A stretch of 64,000 nt of DNA from Thermoanaerobaculia bacterium. GTDB lineage: Bacteria > Acidobacteriota > Thermoanaerobaculia > Multivoradales > Multivoraceae. The stretch is taken from positions 4,928,001 through 4,992,000 of the forward strand of contig OY761158.1 of NCBI GenBank assembly GCA_963664405.1. The letters are read 5' to 3'. The first letter of the stretch is position 1. Each line of letters opens with the position of its first letter. This document shows, in pieces, positions 59,018-64,000 of this stretch. Position numbers and translations under genes: made by a program. Below the pieces are notes generated by a model that saw nothing but the letters and a program-made list of their open reading frames with translations, did not search any database and was not told the origin of the DNA.

Positions 59018-61735
59018 TCACTCGGTAGGCACCAGCCGCTTCAGCTCCTCGAACCAGTTCACGACGACATGGAGCTTGGCGTTGATCTGCTCGTGTGCTC
59101 GCTTCACCACGAAGAGCTGCTGACCGTCCGAGGAGACATCATACGAGCGCCCCGGCGTATCGATGAAATCGGTTTCGAAGACGAGCTGCGCCGGGCCGAA
59201 CTCGATCTTCCGGCCCTGCCTGAACGTGTGCGCGAACCAGCGGTCACCATCGCGATAAAAGAGCTCGTCACAGCCACGGCAGACGTACGGCTCCATGCCT
59301 CCGTTGGTCGAGATCTGCTCATCGGCTTCGTCGCCTGGATAGGAGCGAACTCGAATCTCATAGCGACCCGTCCGGTTCGAACTGTGCGCAAACCATCTCC
59401 CGTCTCGAGAGAAATAGGGCGCGGCCTCGCTGGCGTCGCTACGAGAAGCCCAACGTACTGTATCGTCACCGATCTCTAGAAAGCCGAAACGGAACCTGCC
59501 GTCAAAGCTGTAGACCCCGAGCCTGTCGCCGTCCGGATGCCACGAACCCGGAGCAACGCGGGTCTCTCCCATAAACACTAGTTGCGGTTCCTCGTCGCGA
59601 TCTGCTGCCGCAATGAAGAGCCCATGCCCTTGCCCCGGCATCGCCGCCGTGAAAGCGATCTCATCGCCGTCCTGGCTCCACTTGGGCCAGCCCGCGTTAC
59701 CGGGCACGGTCAGTCTCCTCTCTGTCTTCGCCACGCGGTCCCAAATGACGATGTAGTCGTTGACATCTGCGACCTGAAGGGCGATCCGGGAACCGTCCGG
59801 GGAGAACTCGAAGTAACCGTAGACTCGCTCGGGTAGATCCAGGAACTCGACCGCTTCGGTGCCGCGGTCGATCGATGCGATCTTGCCGATCGCTGCGTCG
59901 CTTCCGGGCACATAGACCAGCGTACCTGTCGCCGAGAAGGCAACCTGAGCTTGGCCGAATAGCGATTCCATCCTCACATCTGGTACAACCGGAACTGAAG
60001 CGCCGAAGACCTCAAGGGCGGCGATGTCAAACGCTACCGCGTAGAGCGTCCCGGAGCGAGCGAACAGCAAGTGACCCGTGGGGACGTATCGCGCGTCGTA
60101 CCCGCGTTCGATCAGTAGCTTTCGCTCCAGTGTCTCTAGCGAGAGCAAATAGGTATTTGCATAGTCGTGGCCGATGCTCGTTAGGGCAGTCTGGATGAGT
60201 GCGTGCTTGCCGTCGGGAAGCACGTCGCTGAGGTATGTTTGACGGCCGCCGACTCCAAGGCTGTCGATCTCGGTGACAGTGCCGCCGGCTTCGGGAACGC
60301 TGCTCAGCGTGAACCCCTCGTCTTCAGCGAAAAAGATCGTTCCGTCAGCTACCCATGCAGCGTGTGTGGGATTCCTCGCCTTGCATACGGTTTGTGGGCG
60401 ATCTCCCTCTCTCAGCGAGACTTTCTTGACCTCTTGGTTGGTCAGGAATCCGAGCCAATCGCCGTCTGGCGAGAAGAATGCAAAGAGGGCGCCCTCCGTT
60501 CCCTCGATCGGCTCAGGTTCATCGAAGCTGTTGATGGGACGCTGGTAGAGCAGGGTGCCCGGGCCGTACTTGCCGATGTAAACGATAAGCGCCCCATCCG
60601 GAGATACGGCTACCTGCGGGCTATCAAACCCGAGAGCTGTTGTACCGAAGCCGAGAGGTGCTTCTGCCGGGAAATCGATCTCTGTGCGCACAACGACTGC
60701 CGCCGTGGGCGGCGACCTAGGCTCGGATCGTTGTCGCCACGCGGTACCAAGCCAAAGACCGGCCGCTAGGGTAGTCAGCGCGACGACGATGACCATAGCC
60801 AACGTGGAAACGGAAAACGCCCCGTGCCCGCCAGCCGGCACGGTCGCCACGACACGCTGCGACTCGGGATTGCGCAGCGCGTCGCTGATCTCGATTCGTG
60901 CGTCGGCGATATCGTGCAACCGATCCCTCGCGGGCTTTGTCAGGCAGCGCCTCAAGAGCCGAACGATCGAAGCTGGTGTCGGCGGCGGAAGTTGCTCCCA
61001 TTCAGGTTCCCGTTCAAGTATCTTTGCGAGTGTTTCGGGAGCCGTCTGCGCATCGAAACCGCGAGATGCAGTTAGCGCCTCAAAGAGGCAGACTCCGAAA
61101 GCCCAAATGTCCGCTCGCCGGTCGACCGCCTGACCTCTCGCCTGCTCGGGAGCCATGTAGGCGGCTGTGCCGAGAATCTGACCCCGTTGAGTTGCTGCAA
61201 GAGTGAGGGTCGGAGACTCGGACAAGCCGTCGTCTCCGCTCGCACTGCCTTCCACAGCCATCGCCTTGGCCAGCCCGAAATCGAGGATCTTGACCTGACC
61301 GTCTTCAGACACTTTGATGTTCGCGGGCTTCAGATCGCGGTGGATGACGCCCTTTTCGTGGGCTGCCTCCAGCCCCTCAGCGATCTGCAAGAAGACGGGC
61401 AATGCTTCGTCGACTGGCATGGCTCCTCTCTTGATGCGATCCGCTAGAGTCTCGCCCTCCACCAGTTCCATGACCAGGAAGCTGGTGTCGCCTTCCCGCT
61501 CGAAGGCGTAGAGCGTGGCTATGTTGTTGTGGTTCAACGAGGCCAGGACCCGCGCCTCGCGCTCGAAGCGAGCCAGACGTTCTGGATCGGTGGAGACCTC
61601 TTCGAGGAGGAGCTTGATCGCCACCTCGCGCCCGAGCTTCGTGTCCATGGCTCGATACACTTCTCCCATGCCTCCCGCACCAAGCGAGGAGACCACTTCG
61701 TAGTGGCCGAGCGTCGAACCAGCTTCCAGCGCCAT
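59018..61735 (-). CDS. Ser/Thr protein kinase with TM and TolB-like beta-propeller
   Basis: LGAGGMGEVY, VAIK, HRDLKPAN, DFGLAK, APE; SPDG repeats. Confidence 0.95.
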   Translation of the reverse strand: MALEAGSTLGHYEVVSSLGAGGMGEVYRAMDTKLGREVAIKLLLEEVSTDPERLARFEREARVLASLNHNNIATLYAFEREGDTSFLVMELVEGETLADRIKRGAMPVDEALPVFLQIAEGLEAAHEKGVIHRDLKPANIKVSEDGQVKILDFGLAKAMAVEGSASGDDGLSESPTLTLAATQRGQILGTAAYMAPEQARGQAVDRRADIWAFGVCLFEALTASRGFDAQTAPETLAKILEREPEWEQLPPPTPASIVRLLRRCLTKPARDRLHDIADARIEISDALRNPESQRVVATVPAGGHGAFSVSTLAMVIVVALTTLAAGLWLGTAWRQRSEPRSPPTAAVVVRTEIDFPAEAPLGFGTTALGFDSPQVAVSPDGALIVYIGKYGPGTLLYQRPINSFDEPEPIEGTEGALFAFFSPDGDWLGFLTNQEVKKVSLREGDRPQTVCKARNPTHAAWVADGTIFFAEDEGFTLSSVPEAGGTVTEIDSLGVGGRQTYLSDVLPDGKHALIQTALTSIGHDYANTYLLSLETLERKLLIERGYDARYVPTGHLLFARSGTLYAVAFDIAALEVFGASVPVVPDVRMESLFGQAQVAFSATGTLVYVPGSDAAIGKIASIDRGTEAVEFLDLPERVYGYFEFSPDGSRIALQVADVNDYIVIWDRVAKTERRLTVPGNAGWPKWSQDGDEIAFTAAMPGQGHGLFIAAADRDEEPQLVFMGETRVAPGSWHPDGDRLGVYSFDGRFRFGFLEIGDDTVRWASRSDASEAAPYFSRDGRWFAHSSNRTGRYEIRVRSYPGDEADEQISTNGGMEPYVCRGCDELFYRDGDRWFAHTFRQGRKIEFGPAQLVFETDFIDTPGRSYDVSSDGQQLFVVKRAHEQINAKLHVVVNWFEELKRLVPTE

Positions 61736-61795
61736 TAGATGGGCGGGATCTTATCTCTCACTGACCGGAGTCAGCTGGCAGGAGTCGCTTTCGCC

Positions 61796-61824
61796 GTGTC
61801 GTCCTCCGCCAGGAATCACGACAC
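61796..61824 (+). repeat. 29-bp putative recombination site 3
   Basis: gtgtcgtcctc-cgccagg-aatcacgacac. Confidence 0.8.
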
Positions 61825-61925
61825 CCCCACGAAGCAGAGTACCTCCTGAGTCGGCTCCGTATGGATACCTCAGGAGTACACTCGAGTCTCCGGGAGCATT
61901 CCCGAGTCACGAAAACCAGTTCGTC

Positions 61926-62225
61926 ATGTCCCGTATAGTTCACCGGACCCTTTGGTTGACTCTCTTTCTGGCGATCGCCTTCAATTCTCCACCGGTACTG
62001 ATTCACGCTGGTCCCCTCGGGATTCTTGCTCTGTTGCCTCTCGTCGTTTGGAGCTTGGCCGCGGTGCCCTTTTCCTTCTTTCTTCCGAACCACTTCGGCA
62101 TCACTGACTTCGGGCCGGAACCAGAGACCCCGTTTGCCGTTGGGCTCGTGGTCGCTGTCTGGTGCTTTGTCGCCTGGGTCGGGGCGGTTCTCCTCGTGAG
62201 AATCAAGGAGGCTCGGGAGTCGTGA
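61926..62225 (+). CDS. Small membrane protein
   Basis: 99 aa, about three hydrophobic segments. Confidence 0.55.
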   Translation: MSRIVHRTLWLTLFLAIAFNSPPVLIHAGPLGILALLPLVVWSLAAVPFSFFLPNHFGITDFGPEPETPFAVGLVVAVWCFVAWVGAVLLVRIKEARES

Positions 62226-62611
62226 AGGGATCCCTTCCTCGAGGGTTGGCACCGATGTCCTTCAGTTCCGCGTTGGGCTTTGGTATTTGGGCCGCTTCAC
62301 CGTTGATCACCGGTCGTGCAGAGCCCTGGGATGCCGAGATCACGTACTACACGCTCACCTCGGTGATCGGCGCGGCCGTGGTGGGCTACGCCTTCCCCCG
62401 CCATTGGCTGCTCGTCTTCCCCGGAGCCTGGTCAGGCCAGGTGATAGGACTGGCGGTCCTGCCGGGTCTTGACAGGGGATGGCTGCTTCTTGGGGCCATC
62501 ACGACCGGCATCGGCAGCCTACTCTTTCTTCCCGGTTCGGCCCTCGGTGCGCTCGTCGGCCGGCGGACGCGGAAGCGTCGGGGGGCGTCGAAGGAGAAGA
62601 CAGGGGACTAG
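62222..62611 (+). CDS. Small membrane protein
   Basis: AGGAGG RBS, GTG overlapping the upstream stop; ITGRAEPWDA; about four TM segments. Confidence 0.6.
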   Translation: MKGSLPRGLAPMSFSSALGFGIWAASPLITGRAEPWDAEITYYTLTSVIGAAVVGYAFPRHWLLVFPGAWSGQVIGLAVLPGLDRGWLLLGAITTGIGSLLFLPGSALGALVGRRTRKRRGASKEKTGD

Positions 62612-62629
62612 CTTGCCTCGGCGGGGAAG

Positions 62630-62658
62630 GTGTCGTGGTTCGCCAGATTTTGCGACAC
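62630..62658 (+). repeat. 29-bp putative recombination site 4
   Basis: gtgtcgtggtt-cgccaga-ttttgcgacac; 2 nt from the stop at 62661. Confidence 0.8.
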
Positions 62659-62660
62659 TC

Positions 62661-62801
62661 TCAGTCGGCGGGCACGCCGCTAGCCAGAACGCCCGAGTCT
62701 TCCAGGTCCTTCTTCAAGTCTTCAAACTCCTTCCGGAGCTTGGCTATCAGCCCCCAGGCAATGATCCCAAATGTCATTCCAATCATTCCAAACACTTCCA
62801 T
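62661..62801 (-). CDS. 46-aa TM plus coiled-coil microprotein
   Basis: AGGAGA RBS; MEVFGMIGMTFGIIAWGLIAKLRKEFEDLKKDLEDSGVLASGVPAD. Confidence 0.65.
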   Translation of the reverse strand: MEVFGMIGMTFGIIAWGLIAKLRKEFEDLKKDLEDSGVLASGVPAD

Positions 62802-62918
62802 TGTGCTTCTCCTTTTCCTTGGTCACAGCAGACTGTCCGGTGTAGCTGTCGGCGCTCGCCTGGCTTGCCCCGTGACTCCAGCCTGAGGGTCGGGCGTGGG
62901 GCTGAAGCGCGACGCCCA

Positions 62919-63350
62919 TCAGAGCGCAAGCGCGCCGAAGTAGACAAAGGGCGCGCTGATGGCGATGCGCACCAGTCCCAACAGGCGCCACCCGATCAGG
63001 CTCCCACTCAGGTCAGAGGGCACGAACGCCTGGATGATGGCTCGGAAAGAGCCTGGGAACAGCACCAACGCTGTTGTCATGAACACGACCAAGACCCAGC
63101 CGATGAGCGACAGGATGAACGCCAAGGTGCTCTGCCCATTCAGGTCCAAGGACCCCTGCTCTGAAGCTCCTGCCCAAATCATCGCCAACCCGAGTGGGAG
63201 CAAGAACGCCCCGAACGTTCGGGTTCGACCGTTCGTCGTGGTCGTCCTAGTGAACCAGCGCAGCACAGACGCTGGCGCGACGAAGACGAAGCCCCCGTAG
63301 CCAACACCGAGGACCCCAACCGCGATGCTCACGATTCCAAGCGCGCTCAC
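62919..63350 (-). CDS. Membrane protein
   Basis: AAGGAGG RBS; about four TM segments. Confidence 0.7.
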   Translation of the reverse strand: MSALGIVSIAVGVLGVGYGGFVFVAPASVLRWFTRTTTTNGRTRTFGAFLLPLGLAMIWAGASEQGSLDLNGQSTLAFILSLIGWVLVVFMTTALVLFPGSFRAIIQAFVPSDLSGSLIGWRLLGLVRIAISAPFVYFGALAL

Positions 63351-63474
63351 GAGCCCTCCTTAGAGACTTCCTTGGGGGTGGCTGAACAAGCTACCCGAGT
63401 GGCTGCTTTCAGCGACATCGAATGGACAGCATTCTAGCTGGCGGTTCAGGAGCCTGATAGCTATTCAGCTCTTC

Positions 63475-63503
63475 CTGTCGTCCTTCGCCAGGAAGTGCGA
63501 CAG
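63475..63503 (+). repeat. 29-bp putative recombination site 5
   Basis: ctgtcgtcctt-cgccagg-aagtgcgacag. Confidence 0.8.
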
Positions 63504-63543
63504 CCTCAGCCGCCACTCGGGAGAGCGGCGTCTTGAGGCGACC

Positions 63544-63999
63544 TCAGGTCTTAGCCATCTCGCCCAGACCCACCCGGCTCATCGCAGACAGGAAACGAGG
63601 ATCAGACCGAACCGGAGCCGACCAGCGGAACACCAGCCACACCATCGCTATCAGGGTGCCCTCGTCGACGGCCTTCTCCAGGAAGTCCAGGGCCGTATCG
63701 TAGTCCCCTATCCCCAGATAGAGGATACCGACGTAGGCAGGCGGTACGTAGCGCAACTTCGAGATGGCCACGAGCTTGTTCAGATGTTTCTTGGCTTCCT
63801 CTTGCTGGCCCATACCCTCAAGGACGGCGCACAAGCGAGCGTAGACATAGTAGGCCTCCTCACCCGCGACTGATAGTGCCCGCGAGAAAGCGCGGTGGGC
63901 AGCCTCGAGGTCTCCGGTTTCACAATAGGTGTCACCCAGAAACTGGAGCGCGAGATAGTAGTTTCGATCCGTCGTGAGAACACGTTCAAGTTGAGCGAG
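63544..63999 (-). CDS. TPR-containing protein C-terminus (kinase/cyclase TPR-tail type), partial
   Basis: Open to the window end; YVPPAYVGILYLGIGDYDTALDFLEKA..VRSDPRF..RVGL. Confidence 0.75.
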   Translation of the reverse strand, partial: LAQLERVLTTDRNYYLALQFLGDTYCETGDLEAAHRAFSRALSVAGEEAYYVYARLCAVLEGMGQQEEAKKHLNKLVAISKLRYVPPAYVGILYLGIGDYDTALDFLEKAVDEGTLIAMVWLVFRWSAPVRSDPRFLSAMSRVGLGEMAKT

Positions 64000-64000
64000 C

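Noticed and set aside
57351-63503. 29-bp repeats as a CRISPR array or classical integron attC sites
   Set aside because: Spacing is gene-sized and irregular, no cas or intI gene is present, and there are no RYYYAAC/GTTRRRY cores or long attC hairpins
1-64000. tRNA (including tRNA-Sec), rRNA or known riboswitches
   Set aside because: No recognisable cloverleaf or conserved motif seen by eye; a covariance search was not possible

Overview
This is a GC-rich bacterial accessory region, probably Acidobacteriota (Thermoanaerobaculia-like). That placement is an inference from the 'CLNEGRFEVTVDW' secreted domain, the Ig/VWA-type protein and the kinase with a TolB-like propeller. Coding content includes five sulfatases, three LLM oxidoreductases, crotonases and acyl-CoA dehydrogenases, other hydrolases, four TA-like modules, and two predicted selenoproteins read through in-frame TGA (UxxC peroxiredoxin-DsbD fusion; CxxU AhpD-like), each with a SECIS-like hairpin. 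Mobile DNA includes a degenerate IS6, an ISAzo13 inserted in a ~2 kb duplication, an IS110, and a 162-bp CTAG-bounded MITE, one copy of which sits in frame inside a gene. The most striking signal is at 57.3-63.5 kb: genes are separated by co-oriented 29-bp sites, (G/C)TGTCG-N5-CGCCAGR-N5-CGACA(C/G), with 11-7-11 geometry like tyrosine-recombinase sites, and three stop codons lie 2 nt from a site edge. This suggests an integron/pdif-like cassette array. The IS110 has split one site, and its downstream non-coding region carries two segments matching the site consensus in bridge-RNA guide geometry. No recombinase is visible in the window.
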